A stretch of 64,000 bases of DNA from the human T2T-CHM13v2.0 reference genome, Homo sapiens: assembly GCF_009914755.1 (NCBI RefSeq), contig NC_060928.1; one strand, given 5' to 3'. Below, in pieces: positions 41,972 to 54,705 of this stretch (its first letter is position 1; each line of letters begins with the position of its first letter). The notes under the pieces are model-generated. The model saw only the letters and a program-made list of their open reading frames with translations. It ran no database searches and had not been told where the DNA came from. The translations under genes were made by a program, and so were the position numbers.

Positions 41972-44900
41972 GATATGCCTTAGGGCTCAGTTCTCTCTTG
42001 GAACCCAGGTTGAGGAAAAGCTGTTAGTCCTTTGCTTATGGGCTGCCATTCCAAAATGCCTCGTGTTCCTTCAAAATGTTTTAAATAAAAGAAGGGAAAG
42101 AGAATATCAGAAATTCTCTTCTAAAACTAATACTTTCCTCTACCGTTTTTTGAGAAAATGTAGGTATTACATTTTAGATGATATTTAAAAAATGTTTCGA
42201 TTCTTCTTATTAAAAAGTAACCCAAAGTTTGGAAGGTAAGAGATGGTTACATAACGAAGCTCATGTTTAGTTTTTTTTTTTTTTTTTTTTTGGCCTTCCA
42301 AAAAATATGGACAGGTTGCTTTTGGGAGACACTGTGAAACATGGCATCATCTGACGTGTACTGGCTTTAGATGTGAACCCATTACACGACTTAAGTATAT
42401 TTACTCACTTGCCTCACCTGATCCTTCCCAGCCGACAAGCCTCTGAAAAATTTCCTCTATCCAAGCAGCTACTGTGCTGGTTCCCAAACCTTGTTTGGCT
42501 GCACAGGTCTCTTCTTTCACAGGCTTCCAGTTGTCCACACATCTCATTGCCTCATCTCCATAGACACTGTCTCCAGCCTTGCACGTTGCCCCGTCTTGTG
42601 AATATTCCAGCTTACAGTGTGTCTGCCCTTGTGGGGTTCTGAAATCAAAGGAGTTACCTAGTAGAGGCTTCTGAGACACACCCAGGAAATCACATGCAGA
42701 AACTTAAGTCTACATGGGAAGTGTGGGAGGTAATCTTGGTGAACCGGTTAGTGCTAGATCACATAGCGCATGTGTTAAATAGCAACAGAAAGATCACAAA
42801 AAAACAAAAAAGGTGAATGTGGAGAACTTGACCCTGGACAAGGACTGCTGATTCTGTGTTCCTGTTTTGGGATGAGATGGAGAAAGCCAGGGTGCGGGAC
42901 AGGCAGGCTTTTCTGTTGCGTATCTGTCATTACAGTGGTTCTTTCACTTTCTAAAAACTGAGGGGTATTTTCCCTAAACAAACACACCCACCCACCCGCG
43001 GGTGTTTTCATGGAGGTTTCCTTTTTTTTTTTTAAAGAAAGATGTGAGGATCAAGCAGACAATACCTATAAAATTTATGCTCTTTATTTTTCAAGGGCCA
43101 CATAAGTGTAGTCACATAGTTACTTTATCTTCTTCCTGTAACTGTCCTCCCTCTAGGCAGAGGGATGGCAGTCATTGACGATTTATGACTCTGAAGAGCT
43201 GATGGGGGGTGTGGCAAAACATCTCATCTTCCTCCATTCACACCCTCCAAGCACCTTGAATAATTGCTGGGAGATAACTTGGCAATTGTTTGGCTAACTG
43301 TGGCCTTAATTTCCTGCCAGGGCTTCACTCACGCCTACCTGTCCTTTCCGTTCCTGATTAGTAAGACAACATTCAGCGTTCCTTTTCTGCTAAAAAAAAA
43401 TGGAGTGACTTTTGTGACTGTTGATACAGATCACTTTAAGATTTATAACAAATCTTGCCTTGGGATAAAATAGATTTTATGACTCCCAGATGAATGGCTG
43501 GATAAGGGAATTGTAAATAAGCTCTTAGAAGAATAATGTTTTTTTTTTTTAAATGACCCCCTTTTTTTCCTGACCAAAGCATAGGAAAGCTTCTGTGTAT
43601 TAAATACCTACCAAGTCAATTATGCACCAGATTTGTAAAATCCACTTTTGGTTTTAGAGCTTTCTAATTTGGTTGCTCCGATGTTGGCTGATGGCTCCAT
43701 GTCCCCGCCAATCTGCCTGGCTTCGTGAGATCTGGAAAAAGAGTTAAAGATCTTCCTGTGGAGGCAAGAGAAATACTTGAAGGCATCAGAGAACAACCAG
43801 TATCAATGTGCCCTTTCATTTATTGGTGTCGCAGGCCTTCAGGGAAGGTGTATGGGTTAGAGAGGCCACAGGGGGAGTATTGGGGGAGGTGGAACTGGAG
43901 CTGAGCCAAGGAAGGGCAAGATTAGAGCAGGGCGGGGAGCTTGAGAGGAAAGGCAAAGCTTGAGGCAGAGGTGGGAACGCCAGGAAGCAGAGCTGTGGCA
44001 GACAGGGTAGGCTGCTGGGGCGGGACGGCCCCTGGTAGGTGAGCAGGTGCAGGAGCATTGTGTATAGGGAGACAAGTGGGTAAACTTGGCCCTAGGTTGC
44101 TGAGTGTCACCGTGTTGGAGGATTGCACCTAGGGGCTGGCCAGGAGACCGTGCTGGTACTGAAGAACACGGTGCTAGTTCTCCGGCAGGGGAAACAATCT
44201 GAGAGCATGCTGAGGAGTGCAGAAGCCTCGGGAAACTGCTCGTGGAAACTGGTGTACTGGTTTAGCAGAAGACGGGGTATCTTAGGTGAAGAGCACCTGG
44301 GTGCTGCAGACAGGGAACACGTGTGTGTTCAAAATGTCACTGAATGAAACGAGACACTTCTCAAGGGAATGTCATAAACCATAGTCGCCTCCAGTTCTGA
44401 GGTCACTGAAGAGTAATTCAGATTAACACGCATCAATTATTTGAACTCTCCCTCTGTGCTTAGAGGCCATTCCAGGTGTCTGTTCACTGACCTGTTTACA
44501 TTAACTTTAAAAAAAAAGGGAAATATTAAGAAATGCTCTGGTCACCAGAAGTTTTTGCTGTTCATTGGTTTCGAAGTCTTTGGCCCTCTCTAGAGGAAGC
44601 CTGAATCCAGTGGCATTTTCTTCTGAATTGCCACACGTGTAGGAGCAGGTGAAAGATCTTTAAATGTTTAGCTGATCTTTTGCAGCTGCCGGTCATGTGC
44701 TTGATGCTAGATTCCTGTGGTTTTCCTTATAATTAGAAAAAGTGAATACCTTGAATGTCCCACTACTCCTTTGATCAATTAGATTCTGGTTTTCTAATTA
44801 GTGAACTCATAGGGTGCTAGCAGGTTGGACAGATTGGAGAACCTGGAGAAGGACAGTAAGACAGCTTGAGTTTGGGGCTGTGGCTGGTTTCTGGGTTGTT

Positions 44901-45072
44901 GGTATCCGTAGTTTGGGCTGCAGCCCCGGCAGGATGCAGAGAGGACTCTGTCCCTACTGGTCAGGCATGATAGGGGAATTAGTGACCTAGTCATCTGGGA
45001 TTGGGATGTTGTGCATTTCGTGTTCTGTGGCCTTTCTGCTATTAATCCTGTCCTTCAAACTCCTACCCTTAG

Positions 45073-45225
45073 CCCAGGCCAGACCCGATCGTCTATGGTC
45101 CAGTGGCTTAACCCACAGTCTCCAACCACAACAAGCTCCAACTCAGCTGTGACACCTCTTTCACCCGGGTCGTCCCCTTTCCCCTTTTCTCCTCCTGCTA
45201 CTGTAGCGGACAAGCCACCTGAAAG
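45073..45225 (+). CDS. ARHGAP10: ARHGAP10 coding exon (PGQTRSSMVQWLNPQSP...DKPPE-S), 153 nt, symmetric phase 2->2
   Basis: Acceptor cctacccttag, putative branch point TTAAT at 45042-45046, donor AG|GTACGT; Ser/Pro/Thr-rich open frame. Confidence 0.93.
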
Positions 45226-46340
45226 GTACGTGGTTTGGAGGGGAATGTGGAATATGGTGGCAGCACACACAGGGGGCTTGATGAACCTGAGCAGGTTCTT
45301 GTGTTCTCTGCTGGCAAAAGCTTGCCCAGATACCCCCAGCATCCTGGACTTCATGGACAGCACTTACCACCTTGTATCAGGGCCGTGCCTCACCCAGTTC
45401 AGTAGCAAGGACGTTCTTTGGAGAATTTGCCTTACATGAGACTTGCTTGAGCCTACTCTGTCTTTGTGGTGCTGGTTGTGCATTTATGAAGAAGTTCTTA
45501 TTTTGGAAGAACTTCTTGCTCATGAGTATAAAGCACATTCTTCGTTTTAAAAGTAGGCAAGCTGGCACTGGAAACATTCGCTTCCATGGCATCCAGTGGC
45601 CAAGTCCATAGAGGACAGAGCTGCTGCCCTCCAGCAGCCTCTTCCACCTGTAGTGGCTCAGGTGCTTCTTCCTGTCAGTGGCTTCCCCCACACCAGTGAG
45701 GTGAGGCGTTTCCTTTGGATTTGATTAGACTGGCTAAAAGCATGGTTTCCGTCCTTTCCATGAACGGACACAGAGGTTGCTTTAACAAATGGTGAGAAGC
45801 TGGGCCTGGTGTGCCTTTCTTGGGGCGGAGGCAGGGTGTAAATACAGAAGACTCAGGCAAGAGCAACAAGCCCCTTCTAGAGCGGTGGCCACCCGGAGTG
45901 GATCTGGGCCAGTGGTTTCTCACCTGTGGAGTGTGGCTGTGCCGCCTCCTTCTGCCGGCTGGCCGTGTGTCTCCAGGTGCGTGTGCTTTTCCTAATAGAC
46001 CAACTGAAGTGCTTGGAGATAAACATGTCCTGTGGTTCTAACAGTGCTGAATGGTAGGAAAGGGCATCCCACCAGGTAGGGAGGAGAATTAGGTGAAGTG
46101 GTTCAGTGACAGCTCCTCAGAGAGGCTCCCTGAGGAAAGGCTTGAATTGGAAACCCATCATTTACTTGAAAATCAAGTACTGTTCTTAGCCTGATGTTCA
46201 CTTCCACGTTAATTTCTCTTTTGGGAGGAGTTGCCCTACTGGTGACATCAGTGAGATTTGGGGAAGGGGGGTTGGGGGGTGAAGTTTCTCTCTGTTTTCC
46301 ACATTTTCATTGGTGTCTTTTGTATTCTCTTTCTTTTCAG

Positions 46341-46432
46341 CATCCGCAGTCGGAAGGCTCGAGCCGTGTATCCGTGTGAAGCAGAACACAGCTCGGAATT
46401 ATCTTTTGAAATAGGAGCAATTTTTGAGGATG
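46341..46432 (+). CDS. ARHGAP10: ARHGAP10 coding exon, N-terminal half of SH3 domain (IRSRKARAVYPCEAEHSSELSFEIGAIFED-V), 92 nt, phase 2->1
   Basis: Strong acceptor ttctctttcttttcag; donor G|GTAAGT; SH3 motifs ARAVY..EA....ELSF..G. Confidence 0.97.
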
Positions 46433-47788
46433 GTAAGTGTTAGTGGGAGCTTCGTCTGTTAATCCTGTCCGCAGGATTAATAAGTCTGCAGCATGGAGTG
46501 AGCAGTCAGCGATGGTGCTGTTGTCGGGAGGGCGAGTCTCCCCCTTGATGCTTTGGACTGGATTAAGCGGCTGCGTTAGGCTCCCAGACCCCAATGCCAG
46601 GGGCCTGTTGTTGATGGCTGGAATGCCACTATGCTTGCTTCTTGATTACTCTCTGACCCATCTCATCTTGTGGGTCTTCATTCAGGTCATCTCTCTCCTG
46701 ACGGGAAGAAGCTAGTGTCACTTGGACTTAAGAAATGTTTCTGATTTGCACACTTTATTTTCTTTGTTCTCCCAGAGTTGCTAACCAAGTCCTTTAAATG
46801 CTTCGGGTTTACCAACTCTGAGTCAACAGAGGATACTACTGTCCTTAAAAATTTTTGATTTCTATTTCTCTTACCATTTTTGTGCTTTACATTTTTGCTG
46901 ATTTGAACAGTGTGTGAGTCTCCAGATTCGGGTATTGACTTTGCATATTGAAACAAGGGTGTAGCTTTTGAGGATTTAATATTCATACACAAGCATTTAG
47001 GAGCTATGCCTGGTTAAATATTTCAAAAAGTTCTCTTATGGCTCAGTGTCTTTTTTCTCCTGCTCTTGCTTTCTTCCCTCCCCAGTCCTGCTCATTATGA
47101 AATGCATTAGTTGCTGTGGAAACCGTGATGTCGTGTGTGGGTGGAGCTCCTCAGAAGAGTTCCAGGGAAGCAGTAGGAACCTTAGCTGCTTGGAATGGAA
47201 TGGTTGATTATCCAGAATGTTTGGGATATGTGGAATGTATCAACACGAGGCACAGTGGTGTACTGTCAGTAATGCAGCATTTGCTGACGATTGTTTTTTA
47301 GAAAGCAAGTTGCCTCATTTAGAATAGATTTCTATATGCGTGTGATATGTACTCTTCAGAGACAGAGACTCCTGGTAGTGTCAGAAAACAAACAACAACA
47401 ACAAAACCCCACATGGAACAGAATTAGACTTTGTGGAGAAATTTTGTTCTTGGAATAGAAGCAAGATCATTCCTCCATCACCATAACATACATGCAGTTT
47501 TGCCAAGAGAATGTGGAACGTAGCTGCCCTGCCCCAGGCCTGTCTCATGTTGGCACACCATATGGCTGAAGGGGAGGGTGCGATGGTAGTATTGAAACGC
47601 ACTCATTTGAGAAATGTGATGAATTTTTATTTTGTGTGATTGGATTTGTTTAGAAGACTCTGAACTCCCTCCTGCAGTATGGTTTGTGAGATAGTTACCT
47701 TGGTAGAAGGTGTATCTACTAGGATACCTTAGGCTGCAGGTAACAAAAATTGACACAACTGTTTGAATCAATCATGAAGATGGATTAA

Positions 47789-47921
47789 AGTCAGGTGCAG
47801 TGGTGCACACCTGTTGTGCCAGCTACTGCAGAGGCTGAGGCAGGAGGATCACTTGTGCCCAGGAGTTCGAGGCCAGCCTGGATAACACAGTGAGACCCCA
47901 TCTCAAAAAAAAAAAAAAAAA
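47789..47921 (+). mobile_element. FLAM monomer, probably inside an old MLT1-like LTR
   Basis: Single arm plus A-tail. Confidence 0.85.
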
Positions 47922-50900
47922 GGGTTGAGGGGATTAGTTTACACAATAGTAAGTGTGGAAGTAGGGAGCTCTAATTTTAATTCATAGTCTCAAAGATGTT
48001 ATCAAAGACCAAAGTATTTCCATCTCTCTGTGGAACTGCTCTCTGCTGGTGGACCTGGGCCTCTGTCTTGTTTCCCTGGCGGGAGCGAGATGACTACCAC
48101 AGTTCCATGTATCATGGCCACACTCTGGCGGAAGGAGGTGTCTCATCCTTGTGTTCCTTTAAGAATGAGAAAACTTTTCCAGGAATTTCTTCCTAGTTTA
48201 CCCATCCTCACATCCCAGTATGCAGAACTGAGTCACATGCTTACCCTACATCCATCATTTGCAAGGATTTAGACCAATGAGAATCACACGGGGTATAGGA
48301 TACCTGCTCTGGGCACACAGCCATGTGAATGAGGGTCAGTGCCTAAAGCCAATGCAGATCTGCCAGTTTGGATAAAAGAGGACAGCCTGGTAGGCGTCTG
48401 ACCCAGGAGACTTACGTTCTCCAGGTCTAAAGTCCCGAGATGATTTGGAGTCTTCCTAAAAAGAAAGTGTGCGTGTACACACGTACACATACATAGTCAC
48501 ACATTTGTACATATGTACACACATGTGCACACAAATACCAGTGTCTCCGTGTGTTTTGGAGGAGGAGAGCCACTGACTGCAGGCAACGTGGATTCTGAAC
48601 TCTGCAGGTATTTTGCCTGGGCTCACACCATGGCTTTCTTATCTTCTGTGTGACCTGGGACAGGCTCCTTTAGGACTCTGTGCAGCTGATTCTTCATCCT
48701 AAGCGGCAGGGATGGCCACAACATTGATGTTGTATTAAGATAGCATTGGGGCTACTAGAAAAAGAGGTTTCTGAGTTGCTATAGACGTATGGGGGAGAGG
48801 CTGCTGACCACGATGCCACACTGGGTACATTGTAGTGTGCCATAGACGAGGCTACGCTTTGAGCCAGTTTGTGTCTCCCTTGGTTCTGTGCTCTGCGGTG
48901 CTGGTATCCAGCTCTGTCAGGACTTTGCTGGCTGGGGCACCCCGGGTGTCTCAGGAGCTCCTCGTTCTGTCCCTCCCCTAAGGCTGGCTACTTGGAAAAT
49001 ACCTTGTGGATGTGTTGACACTCTCTCCCTACCCAGGGATGTGAGCGTCTCATTTAATGTGAGCTACTTGTCTTGTAGGTGCCGCCCTGATTCTTTTGCA
49101 GCAGGGCAGATAATAGTGGAAGGTGTTCAGAATCAACAGCATTAGGCTTGCTGCTTAATAGGAACACTTCTTCAAAGGGTACAGTAAGTTTAAAGCCCTT
49201 AAGCAGGGTTTATCTGTGTGTGTGTTTGCACCTTACATCTTCTGTGCATAGTTGATCTCTTAGCTAGTTAAAAGCAGGTGCTTGCCCAGAACACATCTAG
49301 TGAAGCCCTTCCTTAAATGGCTATGGGGTCTTCCTGTCTGACAACTGACACTGAGAAGACAGACTGGCAGGTCATCTGACCACGGCTTCTGTGGAGCCAG
49401 GCAGTGTTCCAAGTGGCCACTCTAGACAGCTCAGCCCACAGGAGTACTGCCGGGAATGCTCCCTTTCTGCAGACCAGCAATACTTAGTGTCCCTGGAATG
49501 CCCAAGACATTTTTCCTGTGTTCACTTATCCATTTGGAGTCTTCCAGCCTCCATAGATGCTCTTGCAGTGCAATTCCTTTTTGTACCTCATACAGGCAAC
49601 AAAGGAAATTGGTTTATGCCACCCAGTGGCCTTTGGAGAAAACAAACTGGAGGTCAGAGTGACCCCTGGGCGGCCTCGTCAGTAGTTATGCGTTTGGGAT
49701 GTGTGCAGCTGTGAGATATCCTGACCCAGAGTGTGGTTGGCACAGGGGTCTTTAGCAATTGTGTAGCTCCATGACTGTCCTTGTTCTTTGCTCTTACTGG
49801 GTGGGCCTGGACTTAAGTTATGAGTTCCAGTTCTAGGCGGAAGATGTGTTTCTCTAGTAGACTCACTAATGCCTAGCTGTTTCTCTGGGGCTATGCCTCC
49901 CAACTCCCCCGCCCCCCACCCTCGGGAGAGGGCTGTGTTTGTAAGGTCTCAGGGCAGTGACGTTCCTGTGATGGCCAGAGGGACCTTTCCCTTTTCTCTG
50001 GGCCTGGGGAATCCTGGAAATAGGTTTTGCTGGTGACCACCAGCCAGTCCTGCTGTGTCTTTCCAGTCAGGTGCGCTCCAGTTAGATGGGCAGTGGTTGC
50101 CTCCTCAGGGGCAGGGTTGGGAGGGGTGCTGAGGCAGGTGGTTTCCAGGAGCGACCCCACGTGGCAGCGGCAGCAGCAGCGGGACTGCTTTCCTGGCTGT
50201 CCCAGGCTCTTTGTCAACATCCACATGTAGATGTGGGGGAGCAGGTGTGGCCCAAATTAATCCTTAAAAGCCTCTGGCGATTAAACTTTAAAGGTCTCAG
50301 ATAGACACAGAATAATCCCTGGAAAACAATTTGGCATTATCTTGGAAAGCTGATCACATATAGACCCCACAGCCCAGCGATGTGGTTGCCAGATAGATTC
50401 CTAGCACAGGGGAATCTGAGAAAAAAATATCGAGTGAAAAAATAAGTTCCAGATGACTATGCGCTTCTGACTTATGTGCTTCTGGTTAAGCTCACACATA
50501 TGCAAAATAAATAGGATATTATTAGGGATATGTGCTTGTGTGACAAAACTGAATTTTACCCATAGCCATGGTAAGATAATGAGAAACACAACATTCAAGC
50601 TACTGGTTGCCTCGGGGTGGGAGATAGGACAGAGCCCAGGACGCAGCCTCCCTGTGGGTCCTGTGGCAGTTCTGAAGTTGAGTGTGGGTTCCTGGCACTC
50701 ACCGTGTGATGATGACAATTCAGTGATTTCAGTACTTGTCACATACACTGTCTACATTATGCTGAAAACTGAGTTGGTGGAAGGGACCTGCCTCTCTTTG
50801 GTGCTACTTGGGGTCCCTGCCTCACACCCGTCTTGTTCCCTGTTGTGGTCTAAAGGCTGTGAGGACACCGTGGCTGAAGCAGGGTGAGGTTCCTGGACTG

Positions 50901-53258
50901 AGACCTGCAGGCATAGGGAGGGTGCGTGGGAAATGACAGACACTGAGACTGCCATGTTCTCCACCCATAAGAATGGAAAAGCAGAGCCCTGTTGTCCGCG
51001 TAGACACTGCTTGGGGGAGGAGTGGTGTGATAAACTAGGAGAGGAGCCCCAGATGGGTATTTTGGGGTTCGATGCTACTGAGAGAGGTCAGATCTTCAGA
51101 GAGGGAGGGAGAGCCTGCCAGCCTTATCTGCAACTGCGGAGCCACTTTTCCTGTGCTTGGGGATGCCTTGCTGTTGGTCTCCAGACCCTTGTAGCCCACC
51201 TCGCCCACTGCTCAGCTGGGTCCACTTCCAAGGCTCTTGGATGTTACAGGATCCCCCTTGGTCGCCTCTGTAAAGCAGTGACATCTCTCTCCCTACTGGC
51301 TTCTGCCTTCCAGGGAGGGGAGGGCTGGGGAGGTGGTGAATGGGGTTGTGGAGGCGTCTCTCTGGTTTGTTGGTTGGGGAGATGCAGGATTCCCGGCCTG
51401 GCCTTGGTTTCCCCAATCAAGCCTCCTTTCACCTCCAGCGTTGTAGAAAATCACCTTTTTCCTCCTCTGTTCATCCTGTCTTTTATTAATACCGAGTCTG
51501 TGCTTGCGCAAGTGTGTGGTGTGTATAGGGTAGGAGGAGAAATAGTGAGCATGTGCAGGTGAGACTATATTTGAGACTCTCTTACTGCCTCCTCATAGCA
51601 GGTCCTGCAAGCTAAGTGCTAGTAACCCCGTATTGCAGGTAACAGCCGAGCAAGGCCCAGGGGTTAATTTCCCAGATGCATCTAGGTAGCCAGGAGTCTC
51701 CTCTAGGGCTCTGACTTCAGCCCTGGGCCCCTTGCCACTCAGGCCCCCACATTGTTACAACCCTGAGGGCCTGTTTTGCATAGAATCCAAAGCTTTTCCC
51801 TGATGGTGGCTGCACACTAGTAGCACTGCCAGCTGGGGTGTTTGGATGAAGTGAGAAGTCTCTAAAAATCCTGGTATGAAGAACAATGTCAGAGTCAAGG
51901 TCAGTGAAGGCATGAAGGAAGTAACTTGCTGCCAGATCGCTTTGAGAGCACATCTCTGAATTTGCTTACTCAGTCATTACACAGATAATCATGTGTCTGA
52001 CACGGTGCTAGGTGCTGGGTCTCATGTTATATGTGTTACATGCTCTCATAGTCTGGACTAGAAGAGAATGTCTCAGTGTGTCTCTCCTATATATACACGT
52101 ATGCCTGCACACACGCACACAGAACATGTAGGGTGCATAACTGGGAGCCCCGACCTGGTCTGGAGCCAGGAGAGGAGTCCTGGAAGTGGGGGGATGCTGA
52201 AGCTGCTCTTTGAAGCATGAGTAGGTGCTGTCCAGGCATAAAGGCAGGGAATAGCATTCAGGCCCAAGGGAACAGCTCCAGGGAGGCGTTGAAGCCAGAA
52301 GCTTACTGAATGTAAGGAAAGTGCAGGCGGTTAGTCTGCAGACAGCCGGAATGTGTTCCTATTCATCCAGGGGAGGGAAGAACAAACAGTTACCTTGTTG
52401 CAAAGGACAATTAGAATTGGATTGTCCCTGTCTTCCAAACTGTGGGCAGCTATACCTTAGAGGACCATGAACTCAATTCGCTGAGTTGCAATTAGCATTC
52501 AAAGAATAATACTTTTCTACACAAATCTATGGGGAAAAAAAGAGTAGAATACAGAAAGGAAGGCATTGCATGCGCGCAGTGAGGGTAAGAGTATTGCTTC
52601 ATGAAACTTGTGTGTGTTACGGATGTGTATGCCTGTACTTGGTTTTTGATATGAAATTATTCTCCTGGGTTGTGATCAGAAGCCACCTTTCGAGTTGGTC
52701 CGCTGGAGTAGCTCATGCCTCCCCTTTCCTTTATGCCACGGCTGCCACGCCTGCACCTGACCATGGTTGGGGGTTTGAGCTGGGGCCTGCTCACAGCTGG
52801 GGGTTATGAAATGCTTCTGTATTGCATTTCCGAACACTGGTGAGGAGTGCTTGGACCTGTGCCCTTTGCTGTCCAGGCTGCAATTTTCTCGTTGAGTATC
52901 ACGTGAATATTTATGAACAGTCCATTGTGCCAGGCACCATGCCCAGATGTATAAGGCTCAGGCTGCCTTCAGGAGTTTCCCATACAGTGTGGGAGTCAGA
53001 CGAGACTCTGAGAGGAGGAGGCATCCAATCAGGTCTCTAAACAGGAGGAACTACCTGGTGAAGAGGTGGGGGAAAGGCATTCCAGTCAGAAGCCACTGCA
53101 CTTGCAAAGGCCTGGAGTTGCAGTTGGGATTTCTCTGGATGATTCACTGCAGTTGACATGCATGATGTGCCAGTGGAGTGTGAAGAGCTCCTGGAGGGGC
53201 GGCTGGAGCCAGGTGCCCAGGGGCCTGTGTTACAGACCAGTAAGGAGCTTGAGTTTGA

Positions 53259-53594
<336 letters not shown>

Positions 53595-53917
53595 TTAAGC
53601 AGGGGAGTGATGTGATCAGCTCTGTGTTCTAGAGAGTTCACTGTGCATGTTCGTGCACAGTGGATTGGAAGGGGCCGGACTCTGGAAACTAGGACACTAG
53701 TTAGGAGGCTGCTTTGGGATTGTGTAGATGAGGATTGTGGTGGCCAGTGCAGGGAGGCAGAGCCTGTCAATGACCCTGGTGCAGACTTTGTGACCCAACA
53801 TCCCAGAAGTGGCCCCTGTTCTCTACTGGCCACTCCCTGCTTGAGCTTTTAAGTGAACACCCAGGAGGCAAGTACTTGGGGGCATTTTGTAAAAGTGATT
53901 TTTCTCTTCCTTTTCAG

Positions 53918-54006
53918 TACAAACCTCCAGGGAACCTGGCTGGCTAGAAGGGACTCTGAACGGCAAGAGGGGGCTGATTCCACAGAACTACGTCAAGCTG
54001 CTGTAG
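53918..54006 (+). CDS. ARHGAP10: ARHGAP10 last coding exon, C-terminal half of SH3 (VQTSREPGWLEGTLNGKRGLIPQNYVKLL*)
   Basis: Acceptor tttctcttccttttcag; SH3 motifs GWLEG and GLIPxNYV; TAG at 54004-54006. Confidence 0.97.
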
Positions 54007-54705
54007 CTCCTGGCCTCAGAGCCCCTGCTGACCCTGGCACCCAGGGACCTGCCTGGGGGCAGAGAGCTGTCTTCCTCCTCCGAGGCTCTGGGCTGCACCC
54101 ACAGGTACCTCCACACTTGGGAGTTACCATCATCACAGTCAGCCCTGGGGGTGGGGGGTGGTGGGCAGGGATGGGACGCACCACACAGAACTGTGATTGT
54201 GGATCAGGAGGGGAATGTCAGGATTCGCAAAATGGACTTTTCATTTGTCAAGTATTGGGACTTGTGATTTTTAATTATCCAGCATATAGAATGAGAGGGA
54301 GGGCAGCCTTCTGCCACCTGTGTCGCCTCCACTGGCAGTCACGCCACCAGAGCCACCCTGGCTCCCTCTCCTCCCTGAGCACCTGCTGCTGCGATTTTAA
54401 AGGGAACTGTACTACTCGCAGTGATAGGTTTGCAGAGTGTGTGCTTGGCTGTGGCAGCCTAGCTTGGAGAAGCTGCTGTTGGTGCAAGGGAGATGGTCTC
54501 AAGTCAGAGGGAAGCAGAGACGCGCGTCTCAAGCCTGCCCTTCCTAGACGGCCACCTGCAGGACCCCACACTCACTGCACTGGCAGCGTGCACTGGCGTA
54601 TTTGTAACAGGCTTCTCGGTGCTCCTCACCCGTGTGCTGTTTTCCAAACACCACCTTTTTGCCTCAAGGTCTCTGTAAATGAAATAAACTGTAATTTACT
54701 ATTTG
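54007..54705 (+). other. ARHGAP10: ARHGAP10 3'UTR (3' end approximate)
   Basis: Runs from the stop codon to about 15-20 nt after AATAAA 54683-54688. Confidence 0.8.
54683..54688 (+). terminator. ARHGAP10: ARHGAP10 polyadenylation signal AATAAA
   Basis: Canonical hexamer with upstream TGTA (54674-54677) and downstream U/GU-rich tttgatttgtctgt. Confidence 0.85.

Noticed and set aside
45075-45077. Alternative CAG acceptor 5 nt into exon 45073
   Set aside because: Would shift the frame; the upstream TAG preserves the frame with both neighbours
50933-51562. 209-aa + strand ORF
   Set aside because: GC-rich intronic sequence with several overlapping ORFs on both strands, no domain and no convincing splice sites
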